Shown: positions 53,228 through 64,000 of the stretch, piece by piece
Layout of the letters: each line of letters begins with the position of its first letter
Numbering within the stretch: the stretch's first letter is position 1
Assembly (NCBI GenBank): GCA_043803685.1
Contig: JAZDJU010000079.1
Location: 1-64,000, forward strand
Length of the DNA: 64,000 nucleotides
Reading direction: 5' to 3'
From: Candidatus Omnitrophota bacterium
GTDB taxonomy: Bacteria > Omnitrophota > Omnitrophia > Omnitrophales > Aquincolibacteriaceae
Notes under the pieces: model-generated
Told to the model about the DNA's origin: nothing
Databases searched by the model: none
What the model saw: only the letters and a program-made list of their open reading frames with translations
Translations under genes and position numbers: made by a program

Positions 53228-54336
53228 GCTACTACGATATCCTCCTGAAGTATAAAGATCTTCCCTTCGAAAATGTTTTTCGTGGCATCTCACGCCAGGA
53301 AGCGGAACGTTCGACCCATTCCGACGAGCAGAACCCCGAACGGCTTCTGGCGCTCCTTTCTCCCGCCGCTGAAGAATTTCTGGAACCGATGGCGCAGAGG
53401 GCTCACGCCTTGACCCTGATGCATTTTGGCCGAACGATCCAGCTTTATACTCCCATGTACCTTTCGAACCATTGTGAGAATCAGTGCGCTTATTGCGGGT
53501 TCAACGTCACGAATAAGATGAGCCGGAGAATTTTGACCCTTGAGGAAGTAGAAAAAGAGGCTGTGTTCATCGCTTCGACGGGGATCCAGCATCTTCTGGT
53601 GTTGACGGGAGATTCGAGGGTCAAGAGTTCTTTGACCTATATCAAAGAATGTTTGGAAGTGCTTAAAAAATATTTCAGTTCGATCTCCGTCGAAATTTAC
53701 GCGCTTACGGAAGAAGAGTACGCGGATCTTGCCCGTTCGGGAGTCGATGGAGTGACCCTGTACCAAGAGACCTATGAGGAGACTGTTTACGCGCGGGTCC
53801 ACAAATCGGGGCCCAAAAAAGATTTTCGTTTCCGGCTTGATGCTCCGGAGCGTGCCGCAAAGAGCGGGATGAGAAGCGTCAATATGGGGGCGCTTCTGGG
53901 CCTGAATGATTGGCGGAAAGAAGTTTTTTGGATGGGGCTTCACGCTCAGTATCTTCAAGACCATTACGGAGAGGTTGAGATCGGGGCCTCGCTTCCGCGG
54001 CTTAGACCGCATGCCGGAGACTTCAAAGATATTACGGAAGTGAGCGACCGGAACATGACGCAGATCCTTATGGCGCTCAGGATCTTTTTGCCCCGGCTTG
54101 GGATCTCGCTTTCGACGCGGGAGAGCGCTGCTTTGCGCGAGAACCTTTTACCTCTTGGGATCACACGCATGTCGGCGGGATCCACGACGCGAGTCGGAGG
54201 CCATACGATCGATGCTCTCCAACATCAAAACATTCCTCAGTTTGAGATATCGGACCCCCGGGACGTACAGGAGATGAAGGCGATGCTTGCCGCCAAGGGA
54301 TATCAACCCGTGCTGAAGGATTGGATGCAAATATAA
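53224..54336 (+). CDS. thiH: 2-iminoacetate synthase (radical SAM tyrosine lyase)
   Basis: [37 protein letters not shown]. Confidence 0.95.
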   Translation: MSYYDILLKYKDLPFENVFRGISRQEAERSTHSDEQNPERLLALLSPAAEEFLEPMAQRAHALTLMHFGRTIQLYTPMYLSNHCENQCAYCGFNVTNKMSRRILTLEEVEKEAVFIASTGIQHLLVLTGDSRVKSSLTYIKECLEVLKKYFSSISVEIYALTEEEYADLARSGVDGVTLYQETYEETVYARVHKSGPKKDFRFRLDAPERAAKSGMRSVNMGALLGLNDWRKEVFWMGLHAQYLQDHYGEVEIGASLPRLRPHAGDFKDITEVSDRNMTQILMALRIFLPRLGISLSTRESAALRENLLPLGITRMSAGSTTRVGGHTIDALQHQNIPQFEISDPRDVQEMKAMLAAKGYQPVLKDWMQI

Positions 54337-54944
54337 TGACAAACACACTCCGGCAGGACTTGATCCAGAAGCTCGGCGAAGTGAAATTCGCCAAGATCGA
54401 GAAAGCGAAGATCGGGATCGCGGGCGCGGGCGGTCTCGGGTCCCATTGCGCGGCCTGCCTTGTGCGGACGGGATTCAAACATCTTACGATCGTGGATTTC
54501 GATCATGTCGATCCCACCAACTTGGGCAGGCAGTTCTATTTCGCTGACCAGATTGGCATGAAAAAGGTTGAAGCCTTGCGAGTCAATCTTCTTCGGATCC
54601 ATCCTCGCCTGGAACTCCGGACCTTGTCTGTCAAATTGGATGCCGCTAATATTCCGGAAATATTCCGTGATTGCGACGTGGTGGTGGAGTGCCTCGATCT
54701 TGCCGAAACCAAGAGCGTTCTCATTTCGAAGCTCCTGCCTTCAGGGAAATATCTCGTATCGGCTTCGGGACTTGGGGGATACGGCGCAAGCGATGATGTG
54801 AAGGTCCATCAAGTGAAGCCGAATCTCGTTCTGATCGGGGATCTTGCGTCGGATGTCGAGAAGTTCCCAGCGTTCTCGCCGCGTGTCAGCCTGGTCGCGG
54901 CCAAACAGGCGGACGCAGTGCTCGAATTTGTGGTCGCGGACTGA
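54336..54944 (+). CDS. thiF: ThiS adenylyltransferase
   Basis: GIAGAGGLGS, DFDHVDPTNLGRQ, AAKQAD; located in the thi operon. Confidence 0.92.
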   Translation: MTNTLRQDLIQKLGEVKFAKIEKAKIGIAGAGGLGSHCAACLVRTGFKHLTIVDFDHVDPTNLGRQFYFADQIGMKKVEALRVNLLRIHPRLELRTLSVKLDAANIPEIFRDCDVVVECLDLAETKSVLISKLLPSGKYLVSASGLGGYGASDDVKVHQVKPNLVLIGDLASDVEKFPAFSPRVSLVAAKQADAVLEFVVAD

Positions 54945-54948
54945 TGCG

Positions 54949-55725
54949 ATGAAGGACTTTTTGACCGCAGGCATTTTTTCAGGTTTCCCATCTTGGAAAT
55001 CCATAGCCTTTGCCGGCGAAGTTACTCCCAAGATCCTCAAATGTGAGGTTGTGACGGAAGGCGAAATCCCGCGGCCTCTTTATCTCGCGGCGATCATTTC
55101 CAGGGAAGAAAAAATGGCCTGGCAGTCGTTCCAGGATGTTCTCGATCACACCATGACCCTCGCGCAAGGCGGGTTGCGCGGATTTTTCGGGTTCGATGTT
55201 CTTTCTATCGATATTCAGCAAGGAATGAAAAACTTCAATCCGAGAGCGCTGAGTCAGCTTATCATCAATCACGCCCGGGAACTGGGGCCTGACCAAAAGG
55301 CGCTGATCCGTTACGGGCAGCTTTTTGCTCTCTTGCATTACCGTGCGCCCGCCGATTGGGGAAAGATCGAAGTGAAGACTCACGTGGATTTTTTCAGCCA
55401 GGCCGCCGCGTCATCCGAAGTGACCGAGGCGAGTGTTCTCGCCGCTTTGAGAGGCTCTGGCTCCAAGAATAAAAATTCCTCGGGAGATCAGCTGGATCTT
55501 CTCTTGAAGAAGCTTCTGAAAGAAAGCGGGCAGGAACCTGGTGCGATCTATTTGCTGCATGATCTCAGTACCCAGTCTGTTTGGGATCCGTCCAATAAGG
55601 TCCAGCAACAAAGAGTCAGGGACTGGATCGAGAGAGAGAAACAGTCCCGCGCGGGAAGCTTACCGGATGTCTTTCTCTATCTTTCCGCGACTCAAGCTCT
55701 TCTGGAGTTTAGTCGTCATTTTTAA
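54949..55725 (+). CDS. Hypothetical protein
   Basis: 258-aa ORF following thiF; no family recognised. Confidence 0.7.
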   Translation: MKDFLTAGIFSGFPSWKSIAFAGEVTPKILKCEVVTEGEIPRPLYLAAIISREEKMAWQSFQDVLDHTMTLAQGGLRGFFGFDVLSIDIQQGMKNFNPRALSQLIINHARELGPDQKALIRYGQLFALLHYRAPADWGKIEVKTHVDFFSQAAASSEVTEASVLAALRGSGSKNKNSSGDQLDLLLKKLLKESGQEPGAIYLLHDLSTQSVWDPSNKVQQQRVRDWIEREKQSRAGSLPDVFLYLSATQALLEFSRHF

Positions 55726-55784
55726 GTGTCTGGACCGGAGCCTATTTAACAGAAGTCGGTGGAGTGCAGGAGAAAATCCTTTCT

Positions 55785-57764
55785 ATGAGTGAAGATCGAA
55801 GACCGGTTGATCCCGAAGAAGCGAAAGCCAAGGCCAGTGGCAGGCCTCCGGCGGCGGTGGAGCCCCAACACAGTGACATCAACTACCAAAAGGCGCTCAG
55901 CGCCGCGTTTGATGGTTTCTGGATCAATGACCGTGACGGACGGTTCCTGGATGTCAACGAGGCCTATCTCAAACTGACCGGATACAGCCGCGAAGAGTTT
56001 TTAAAATTGAATCTTAAAGATATTGATGTTCCCGAAGACCCTGAGGGGATCGCCCAACATATCCAAGATATTATGAGGACCGGAAAAGGCAGGTTCGAAA
56101 CTCGCCATCGCGGGAGCGACGGGAGTCTGATCCATGTGGAGGTGAGCGTTCATTTTTCCGGTCTCGAAGGCGGCAGGTTCTACACCTTTGTGAGAGATAT
56201 CACCGAAAGCTGGCAGGCGGAAGAAGCGCTGAAGCGTTCGTACTAAGAGCTTGAGAGAAATAACAAGCGACTCAATGAGCTCGACCAGTTAAAAGATAAT
56301 TTCATCTCCACCGTATCGCATGAGTTGCGTACTCCCTTGGCCATCATCAAACAATTTTCAGGCATTATTTCAGATGAGATCCCCGGAAAACTTACGGAGG
56401 ATCAGAAACAGTATGTCGAGATCATTCGAAGCAGCACGGATCGTCTGGTCCGTCTGATCAACGATCTTCTCGATATCTCCAAGATCGAATCCGGATCGGT
56501 GGTGCTCAAAAGGACGCTTGTCGAGATGGGGCGCATGGCCCACAACGTGATCTTCGCTTTGCAGCCTCAGGCGGATCAGAAGCATATTGAGCTTCGCGCG
56601 GATTTCCATGAGCCGTTGCCGGCCATTTATTTTGATTCGGAGAAGATCGTTCAGGTTTTGACGAATCTGATCGGTAATGCCATTAAATTCACTCCTGAGC
56701 ACGGCCGCGTTACAGTCGCGATTACGGAAAAAGAAAAAGAAATGGAATTCAGCGTCGCAGATACAGGGCCAGGCATCAGTCCCGAAGACATGAGCAAGGT
56801 GTTTAAGCGGTTTCAGCAGTTCGGCCGAACGGCCGGTTCCGGCGCCAAGGGTACGGGGCTAGGGTTGGCGATCTCGAAACAATTGGTGGAGATGCATGGC
56901 GGCAGGATCTGGGTCGAGTCCAAGGAAGGGGCCGGAAGCCGGTTTATCTTTACATTGCCCAAATACGACGAAACAGAGAGTTTGCAGCAATGTTTTCTTG
57001 ATACGATCGCGATCGCGGCAAAAGATGGCACGGACTTCTCTCTCTTTACGATCGGATTCGCGCATGCTTCCCAAGATGAAAGCGAGTCCGGTAAAATAGC
57101 GAGACGGGATTTCCTCCTGAAGTTGGGCAATAAGCTGGAGCATAGCGGGGCGATCAGGGATTACCAATTTTTTCCGACCGAAAAGGGGATCGTGTTTGTA
57201 ATGCCCGTTAACAAAAAAAATATGTGCAATGTGATCGCCCGGGCGCAAAGAAAGATCAAAGAATGGGTGTTTGAGGATTGGGCGGGGGGTATCAAGGATC
57301 TCTCTTACGGGCATGCCACTTATCCTGAGGATGGAGTGTCCGGGGATGCGTTGCTGGATTCCGCGTACAGCCATAGCGTCAGTGAAATAGAGTCGAGAAA
57401 GAAAAGGAAAGTATTGATCGCGGATGATGATCGCATCAGCCTGAGACTCTTGGAGTATTTTCTGAGCCAATTAGGATATGGAAAGATCGAAAAGGCCCAT
57501 GATGGGTCCGAGGTTCTCTTGAAGGTCAAGGCCGTGCCCTTTGACGCGGTGATCCTCGACATGCAGATGCCGATGAGTGGTTATGAGGTGATCGGGACTC
57601 TCAAGGAAAACGTGAGGACTAAAGATATCCCGATCCTGATCCTCTCCGGGAATTCATTGGATCCTGGGGAAATAGCGGATTATATCAGCGCCAAGGCGAT
57701 CCCCCGGATCCAAAAGCCCTGCAAGATCGACGAGCTTGAAAAATGGATGATGTATCTTGTCTAA
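55785..57764 (+). pseudogene. PAS-HisKA-HATPase-(degenerate GGDEF-like)-REC hybrid kinase interrupted by in-frame TAA at 56244-56246
   Basis: The frame continues past TAA as ELERNNKRLNELDQLKDNFISTVSHELRTPL into the kinase ORF. Confidence 0.85.
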
Positions 57765-57845
57765 ATGCCGTAAAAGAAGAAGGCGCGACCCTGCTGTAAG
57801 GGGTCCTGGAGCGTATGGCGAGAGTAGGTTTCTCGGGTCTGATTC

Positions 57846-59429
57846 ATGGAGGTTTTTAAGGGGATGAAAGAAAAAGAGAAGAGTGCGCAGGCGGCATTGG
57901 AAGAATCCGAGCTCAAGTACCGTAAGATCTTTGATGCGGCGCAAGAGGGGATACTCCTTTGTGAGGCCTCCACCGGGCAGATCCTGGATGCGAACCTTTT
58001 TTTGCTAGATCTCCTTAACTATTCTTTGGCCGAGATCCTGGCGAAAAAAATTCAGGACCTTGGCATCTCTCCGGAGACCCTCCAGTTCCCCGAGAGTGAC
58101 GGGGGATCTCTCCAGACCCTCTGTGGCCATTCGAGGCCTATCTCTCTTAAGACCCAAAAGGGTCGTGAGCTCCCTGTGGAAATGATATGCATCCGGTACC
58201 CGCTCAGAGATAAAACAGTGATCCAATGCTCGGTGCGTAATGCCGCTAGCCGCAAATTGATGGAAACGAGCATCAAGAAACTCACAGAAGAAGTGCAAGC
58301 GAAGACCCAGGAACTGGATAACGCCCATAAGGCGCTCAAGAAATTGGATGAGCTCAAATCCGAGTTCGTCTCCGTTGTTTCTCACGAGCTTCGCACTCCC
58401 TTGGCGACCATGCAGGAATTCACCGCTATTATTTCAGATGAAATCCCCGGGAAGCTCACAAAGGAACAAAGACAGTACCTCGATATCATCAAAGATAATA
58501 TCGAGCGCCTCACACGGCTCATTTCTAGTCTTTTGGACATTTCAAACCTTGAGGCCGGAAAGATAGAGCTGAAAATGACGCTCGTCGATCTCGGGGATCT
58601 GGTCACCGGGATACTCGCCACCTTAAAATCTCAAGCGGATGAAAAAAAGATCGAATTGATCATGAAGTTCTCTGAGTCCGGGATCCAGGTTTGCGTAGAC
58701 CCTGAGAGGATCGCCCAGGTATTTATGAATTTGATCGGCAACGCCATTCGATTTACGCAAGAGTCAGGGCGGATCACGGTTGAAATCAAGAAAACGGTAA
58801 CGGAAATTGAATGCAGCGTCAACGACACCGGCATCGGTATCGCGGAGGAAGACCTCCCGAAGGTGTTTCGTAAATTCCAACAATTCGGACGTATTCCGGG
58901 AAGCGGTGAGAAAGGAACGGGCCTCGGTCTTTCGATCGCTAAAAATATCGTGGAAATGCACCATGGCAGGATCTGGGTTGAGAGCAAAGTGGGTGAGGGG
59001 ACGAAGCTTTCTTTTGCCTTACCCCAATCCAGGGCCGAGGAGCTCTTCAAAGAGTATATTATCCATGCCCGGTTGGAGTTGCGGAAGCACGGCGCGAAAA
59101 GGTCGCTGATGGTTGTATCGCTGTTCCACTTCGAGAAGCTTAAGCAAGAATTCTCCTCAGAAAAGGCCAAGATCATCTTCAAAGAGATTGAGGACATGCT
59201 GAGAAATTCCATGCAAGGCGAAGGAGAGATCACTCTTAAAGACACGGGAAAAGCGGTTGTCGTCCTGGTCAGCTATGATGAAAAGGATTCCTTAGCGGTG
59301 AAGGGGAAGCTATGGCAGGTGTTGGGGGATTATCTCGCCCGCCAAGACCTGAGCCATAAGATCATCCTCCGGTTTGGAGATAAATATCCCGTCGAAGACC
59401 CAGGCGAGGGAGGCTTGACCGGAAAATGA
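57846..59429 (+). CDS. PAS-domain sensor histidine kinase
   Basis: PAS region, VSHELRTPL, NLIGNAIRF, DTGIGI, GTGLGL. Confidence 0.93.
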   Translation: MEVFKGMKEKEKSAQAALEESELKYRKIFDAAQEGILLCEASTGQILDANLFLLDLLNYSLAEILAKKIQDLGISPETLQFPESDGGSLQTLCGHSRPISLKTQKGRELPVEMICIRYPLRDKTVIQCSVRNAASRKLMETSIKKLTEEVQAKTQELDNAHKALKKLDELKSEFVSVVSHELRTPLATMQEFTAIISDEIPGKLTKEQRQYLDIIKDNIERLTRLISSLLDISNLEAGKIELKMTLVDLGDLVTGILATLKSQADEKKIELIMKFSESGIQVCVDPERIAQVFMNLIGNAIRFTQESGRITVEIKKTVTEIECSVNDTGIGIAEEDLPKVFRKFQQFGRIPGSGEKGTGLGLSIAKNIVEMHHGRIWVESKVGEGTKLSFALPQSRAEELFKEYIIHARLELRKHGAKRSLMVVSLFHFEKLKQEFSSEKAKIIFKEIEDMLRNSMQGEGEITLKDTGKAVVVLVSYDEKDSLAVKGKLWQVLGDYLARQDLSHKIILRFGDKYPVEDPGEGGLTGK

Positions 59430-59547
59430 AGGAATCCTGGCGCGGTGTAGATCCCGCCAAGAGAAAACACAGAGTCTGATCCTTAAATCATAAAGGGCCT
59501 TTGGGACGGGATCTATGAACCGCTGAAGGGCAGAGTGGAGAGAGAAA

Positions 59548-59922
59548 ATGGCGAATAAAAAAATCTTAATAGTCGATGACGAAACAGTGCTTCAGATGGG
59601 AGTGGCGATCAGGCTCAAGGCGGCGGGTTTCGACGTTCTGACCGCTTCGGACGGGCTTGCGGGGCTGGAAATGGCGAGAAAGGAAGATCCGGACTTGATT
59701 CTTCTGGATCTGATGCTTCCGAAAATGGACGGTTTTAAAGTGTGTCGCATGCTCAAGTTCGACGCGAGATACAAAAACATTCCGATCATCATGCTGACGG
59801 CTCGAGCGCAGGATGTGGATAAAGGCATGGGTTCCGAGGCCGGCGTTAACGCCTACATCACAAAGCCTTTTGACCATCGAGAGCTATTGGACAAAATTAA
59901 AGAGTTGTTGAATATTCAATAG
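59548..59922 (+). CDS. Single-domain response regulator
   Basis: ILIVDDE, LLDLMLPKMDG, MLTA, KPF. Confidence 0.95.
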   Translation: MANKKILIVDDETVLQMGVAIRLKAAGFDVLTASDGLAGLEMARKEDPDLILLDLMLPKMDGFKVCRMLKFDARYKNIPIIMLTARAQDVDKGMGSEAGVNAYITKPFDHRELLDKIKELLNIQ

Positions 59923-60088
59923 GGCCCCCGAACGGTTGTCCAAAGGGTGTTGGAAATTTGATGGTCTGCAGTGATCTCCCAAATTCCACGGGTTGGACCC
60001 AGGTTGTGCGGCTGATATTTTCATGTTTAAGGACTCACGTGAATTAGCGAATTTGAAGCAACAGTCGCGGAAAGGATTGGGGAATCCG

Positions 60089-60700
60089 ATGCATCTCTTT
60101 TTTGATACGGAAACGACCGGATTGCCGAAAAGCTGGAAAGCTCCTGTTTCTGATGGCGGGAATTGGCCGCACATCGTCCAGATCGCCTGGGCGCTTTTTG
60201 ACGAGAAAGGGACGCAGATCGCCCTTCACGATCACATCATCAAGCCGGAAGGTTTTGTGATCCCTGAAAGCGCGACGGCGATCCATGGCATTAGTACCGA
60301 AAAGGCATTGAAAGAGGGACGACCGGTCGCGGAAGTTTTGAAGGAGTTCTCCGGAGCCTTGGGTGGGGCTGCTTGTCTTATTGCGCATAATCTGGATTTC
60401 GATGAAAAGATGGTCCGGGTGGAGCTCTTACGTCAGGGGATGCCGGATGTATTACAGCAGGTTCCGGCTCACCAGAAAATATGTACCATGAAAAGCTCAA
60501 CGAAGTATTGCAAGATCCCCGGTCCTTACGGCGACAAGTGGCCGAAATTATCCGAGCTTCACATCAAGCTGTTCGAGGTGGATTTCGAGGATCAGCACAA
60601 TGCGGCGTCTGATGTTCTTTGCTGCGCGAAATGCTTCTTCGAATTGAGACAGCGAGGCATCCTGGGGGATGTTTTGACCGGTGGGCCCCTTGAAAAATGA
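60089..60700 (+). CDS. DEDDh 3'-5' exonuclease
   Basis: FFDTETTGLP, AHNLDFD, HNAASDV. Confidence 0.92.
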   Translation: MHLFFDTETTGLPKSWKAPVSDGGNWPHIVQIAWALFDEKGTQIALHDHIIKPEGFVIPESATAIHGISTEKALKEGRPVAEVLKEFSGALGGAACLIAHNLDFDEKMVRVELLRQGMPDVLQQVPAHQKICTMKSSTKYCKIPGPYGDKWPKLSELHIKLFEVDFEDQHNAASDVLCCAKCFFELRQRGILGDVLTGGPLEK

Positions 60701-60759
60701 GGGCTTCTAGGTTCGGGTTCCTGATGACAAACGCGGTAATATTTCCTCCGTTTTTCCCC

Positions 60760-60788
60760 TTGCTTCACGGGTCTTCTCTGAATAAGAT
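60760..60788 (+). promoter_or_regulatory. Putative sigma70 promoter TTGCTT-17-TAAGAT
   Basis: Hexamers with 17-bp spacer upstream of the acyl-CoA dehydrogenase gene. Confidence 0.45.
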
Positions 60789-60873
60789 AACGTGCCTTAG
60801 CTACTAGGAATAGGTCCTGAAGTCGCCTTCTCGGGGTTTGAACTCATAGCGCAACGCCAATCGAAAGGAATCA

Positions 60874-62982
60874 ATGTCCATGAGTACTGTTAATGCCGAA
60901 AAAAGAGCTTTAATGAGCACGCTTCCCGGGGACGACGTCCGCCAGATCATGTGGCGGTTCTCAGACCGTTATGACCTCCAGATGGTGGTTCAGTCCACCC
61001 GTTCCGTGGCGCGTGGGGTTGTCGCCCGGATGGTGGCGGATAAGCAGCGCGACACTCATGAATGGACGCCTGAGAAGGCCGCCATGCTCAAGTCTTTTGA
61101 TGAGGCCGGCATTACGGCCGCTTTCATGGAACCGGAACAAGGCGGGTATATCTCCGGGCCGAAGAACCTGGTGCTCGCGATGATCGCGTTTGAACTTTGC
61201 TGGGTGGATGCCGGCGCCGCGACGGCGAGTCTTGCGAATAATCTCGCGCTTGAACCGATCCACGAAAAAGGCACTCCTGAACAGATCCAGAAATATATGG
61301 GCGGCTGCGTGCCTCCGAAACCGGGGGAAAACCGGAAGATCATTCGAGGATCGTTCGCGCTCACAGAGCCCCTTCCTTACGTGGGAGTCGATGCCGGCAT
61401 GCTTTCCGGCCGTATTAGCATCGCGGAATGGAAAGAAGGGCAGGAGCCGATCATTCAGGTTGAGAAGCGCGGCCGTTTCATCACGAACATGGGCTATGCG
61501 AATTTCGTGACGGCCTCCGTGGATACCGCCGACCCGCGCATCAAATCCAGCTGCATGATCATTCTTGAGGAAGGCGATCAGGGCCTTTATGACCGTGGTG
61601 CCCCGACCCTGAAGCTGGTGCACCAGCTTTCCAGCACGCACGATCCGATCTTCAACCTGAAAGTCCCGGCCAGCCGTATCATTGGCGGTTACACGATCAA
61701 GGACGGCGTGATCATCCCCAATTTCAACAACAGCGAAGTGATCGAAGCCGTGTTCCGCCGCACGCGCGTCACCGTGGGCATCATGACCACCGCGAAACTC
61801 CTTTCCGCGATCGAGCCCGTGATCCGCTACCAGCGCACGCGTTTTCGCGGTGGAAGTTCGGTTTCTTCCGGAACACCTCGCTATGATCTCGGGATTCAGC
61901 AGAAGGAAGATCCTTGTCATCGTCTGGTCGATGTTTGGGCCACCGGCGAGGCGGGCGCGTCGCTCGGGTTCGAAGGCGCCAGGCTTTTCGATGCTTTTGA
62001 CGTCATGGAGCATGAAAAGGACAAACTCTTCAATGAGCAGGGGATCAAGGGCGCCCGCGCGCAGATGAAGGTGCTCGCGGAACCGCGCAAGAAAGCACTT
62101 GAGTATATTGAGCTTATGGCGAAACCGGAAGCCGAGCGCGATGCTAAGCAGGTCGCGGCACTCGAAGCTGACCTCTTCGTGCAGTATCTCATCAAGGAGT
62201 CGCTTGCCGATGTGTATTGCCCTGCCGGAAAGCTCTGGAACACGGGCTATGGCGCGACGATGATGCGCGAAGCCGTGAGTTTGATGGGCGGTTACGGGAT
62301 CACGGAAGATTGCCCGGGGTTCCTCACGCAGAAATGGTCGGATGCCCAACTCGAGGCGACGTACGAAGGGCCTGAATGTGTGCAGCGTCTCCAGATGAGC
62401 CGCACGATGGTGAACGACATTTTCCTAGCCCAGTTCAGGCACTGGATCAAGGACCTCCGTGAGATCGCGAAACAGAAACCGGAAATGGGCGCTTGCGCTC
62501 TGGCTAGCGCGATGGAACTTTGGCTCTGGTCGCTCGAATATCTCCAGTCCCACAAGGACGTGAACGGGAAGACGCTTTATGGCGGACAGCGCCAAGGTGT
62601 TATGTTTCCGATGGCCGACGCACTCGCATGGCTCCTTGGCGCGCGCCAACTCATCCTCGATACGCTCGAGCTTGAGAAAAAAGGTCCCGAGAATCCCACG
62701 CTTGCCGAAGGTCTGGCTGGAGTGGTGAATTTCTATTCAGATCTGAGCGGCGTTCAGTCGGCCCGTGCCGCAGGAGAGGTCGGAAAGATCTGTGCTGATC
62801 TCGTGTATGGCTATCAGGCTTCGAGCGGTTGCTGCTCCACCGTGAGTGCGGAGCTCAAAGCGTTCGCGGAATTGCGCGCGAAGACCGATGCGTGTTTTTC
62901 GGGGCTTCGATTTTCCAAGGATCGTGCCGCGGAAGCCGTTGCGCAGATCATGATCCCGGAAGCGCTTGATTATCCCCTGTAA
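60874..62982 (+). CDS. Large acyl-CoA dehydrogenase family protein
   Basis: FALTEP, KRGRFITN, LMGGYGITED, ATYEGP. Confidence 0.88.
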   Translation: MSMSTVNAEKRALMSTLPGDDVRQIMWRFSDRYDLQMVVQSTRSVARGVVARMVADKQRDTHEWTPEKAAMLKSFDEAGITAAFMEPEQGGYISGPKNLVLAMIAFELCWVDAGAATASLANNLALEPIHEKGTPEQIQKYMGGCVPPKPGENRKIIRGSFALTEPLPYVGVDAGMLSGRISIAEWKEGQEPIIQVEKRGRFITNMGYANFVTASVDTADPRIKSSCMIILEEGDQGLYDRGAPTLKLVHQLSSTHDPIFNLKVPASRIIGGYTIKDGVIIPNFNNSEVIEAVFRRTRVTVGIMTTAKLLSAIEPVIRYQRTRFRGGSSVSSGTPRYDLGIQQKEDPCHRLVDVWATGEAGASLGFEGARLFDAFDVMEHEKDKLFNEQGIKGARAQMKVLAEPRKKALEYIELMAKPEAERDAKQVAALEADLFVQYLIKESLADVYCPAGKLWNTGYGATMMREAVSLMGGYGITEDCPGFLTQKWSDAQLEATYEGPECVQRLQMSRTMVNDIFLAQFRHWIKDLREIAKQKPEMGACALASAMELWLWSLEYLQSHKDVNGKTLYGGQRQGVMFPMADALAWLLGARQLILDTLELEKKGPENPTLAEGLAGVVNFYSDLSGVQSARAAGEVGKICADLVYGYQASSGCCSTVSAELKAFAELRAKTDACFSGLRFSKDRAAEAVAQIMIPEALDYPL

Positions 62983-62988
62983 ATCGTT

Positions 62989-63034
62989 CCACGTACCACG
63001 CACCACGTGGACCATGGATCGTGGCCCGTGGCAC
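62989..63034. repeat. Hairpin of inverted 7-mers (CCACGTA CCACGCA CCACGTG / ACCATGG ATCGTGG CCCGTGG CAC)
   Basis: Same CCACG/CGTGG 7-mer family as 15016-15068. Confidence 0.85.
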
Positions 63035-63072
63035 AAAGCGTTGTCGTGTGACTTAACTTGTTGGGTGCCCCT

Positions 63073-64000
63073 ATGACCGTTGAACGGCAAAAGATGGATG
63101 TTGACGTTGTTTGCGTAGGATTCGGGCCCGCTACGGCGGGATTTTTAACGACGCTGACACGGGCGATCGAGAAGGATCCCGTCGCTGAGCATTTTCAAAG
63201 CAAGGTCATGCCGGGAATGCCGCTTCAGGTGATCTGCTACGAACGGGCTGACGATATCGGGTTCGGTGTTTCGGGGATCGTGACTGAGGCGAAGGGGATC
63301 AAAGCGTCTTTCACAGCCGAGGAGCTTTCCCAGATCCCGATGGCGCATCCAGTCAAGCATGAAGAAGTTTATTATCTTCTCGATCCCGTCGGCGCAAGTC
63401 GTCGCTCCTGCATCTTAAAGCTTGTCGACTGGTTGCTCTGTACTTTCGGTTTTATCCTTCCTTGGTTTAAAGATCACGCATTCCAATTACCCTTCATTCC
63501 TCCTTTTATGGCTAAGCATGGGGGGTGGGTGTTTTCGATGGGACAGTTCACGCAGTGGGTCGGGTCGAACCTTATGGGTTCGGGTCTTGCCCAAGTGTGG
63601 CCCGGGATGCCGGTGAAAGAACCTCTTTTTGATTCGAACCGTGTGGTCGGCGTCAGGCTCGCGGATCAGGGCGTCGAGAAATCCGGAAAACCCACCGGCG
63701 CTTTTATGCCAGGCATGGATATTCACGCGGGGTTCACGGTCGTTGGGGACGGGCCTTATGGTCCGGTGGGTCAGAACCTTGACGGCAAGTTCGGACTTCC
63801 GGAAGGAAATCACCAGCGCGAATGGGCCCTCGGGATGAAGGCTGTGGTGGAGCTTCCTGAGAATACCACTCTCGAACCGGGGACGGTCATTCACACGTTC
63901 GGTTTTCCGGAGCCGGAGATCTTTGGTTTTCTTTATGTGTATCCGAATCGTGTGGCATCTCTCGGGATCTTTGTTCCTTCCTGGCTTGATAATCCGATGC
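63073..64000 (+). CDS. ETF-quinone oxidoreductase / FixC-like flavoprotein, truncated by the window end
   Basis: My translation: MTVERQKMDVDVVCVGFGPATAG (FAD-binding), later RLADQG and TVVGDG; follows acyl-CoA dehydrogenase; absent from the ORF track because no stop lies in the window. Confidence 0.82.
   Translation, partial: MTVERQKMDVDVVCVGFGPATAGFLTTLTRAIEKDPVAEHFQSKVMPGMPLQVICYERADDIGFGVSGIVTEAKGIKASFTAEELSQIPMAHPVKHEEVYYLLDPVGASRRSCILKLVDWLLCTFGFILPWFKDHAFQLPFIPPFMAKHGGWVFSMGQFTQWVGSNLMGSGLAQVWPGMPVKEPLFDSNRVVGVRLADQGVEKSGKPTGAFMPGMDIHAGFTVVGDGPYGPVGQNLDGKFGLPEGNHQREWALGMKAVVELPENTTLEPGTVIHTFGFPEPEIFGFLYVYPNRVASLGIFVPSWLDNPM

Overview
A 64 kb stretch of mostly core chromosome from a moderately GC-rich, LPS-producing bacterium. 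Gene content and order suggest a PVC-superphylum organism such as Omnitrophota; this is an inference and was not tested. Every credible gene lies on the + strand. In order: ilvN(partial)-ilvC-leuA-aroE-pilD-aroC-aroK-aroB; an ORF6N-type protein; dprA; a four-helix-bundle gene; membrane proteins; topA-xerC; an LPS/lipid A cluster (waaA, lpxK, an LpxL-ELM1 fusion, five GT9 domains); a type IV pilin; heptose kinase-kdsB-pyrG-kdsA-kdsD-lpxL-lptC/A-lptB-hpf-ptsN-yvcK-HPr-ptsI; metK-ahcY; ADH; pyk; ABC-F; a short Rho paralogue; mdh; thiSGHF; a two-component cluster; acyl-CoA dehydrogenase and an ETF oxidoreductase (partial). I found no rRNA, tRNA, CRISPR array or transposase. The unusual signal is mostly between genes. 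(1) A dispersed structured repeat has a conserved scaffold and a locus-specific stem that is the reverse complement of the neighbouring gene start or end. (2) A second, 75 bp repeat has two hairpins with mutually complementary loops. (3) Inverted arrays of 7-mers bracket the four-helix-bundle gene and also occur empty at four other sites. (4) A pilin gene is frameshifted OFF by an (AAGC)7 tract. (5) A sensor kinase is split by a single in-frame TAA.
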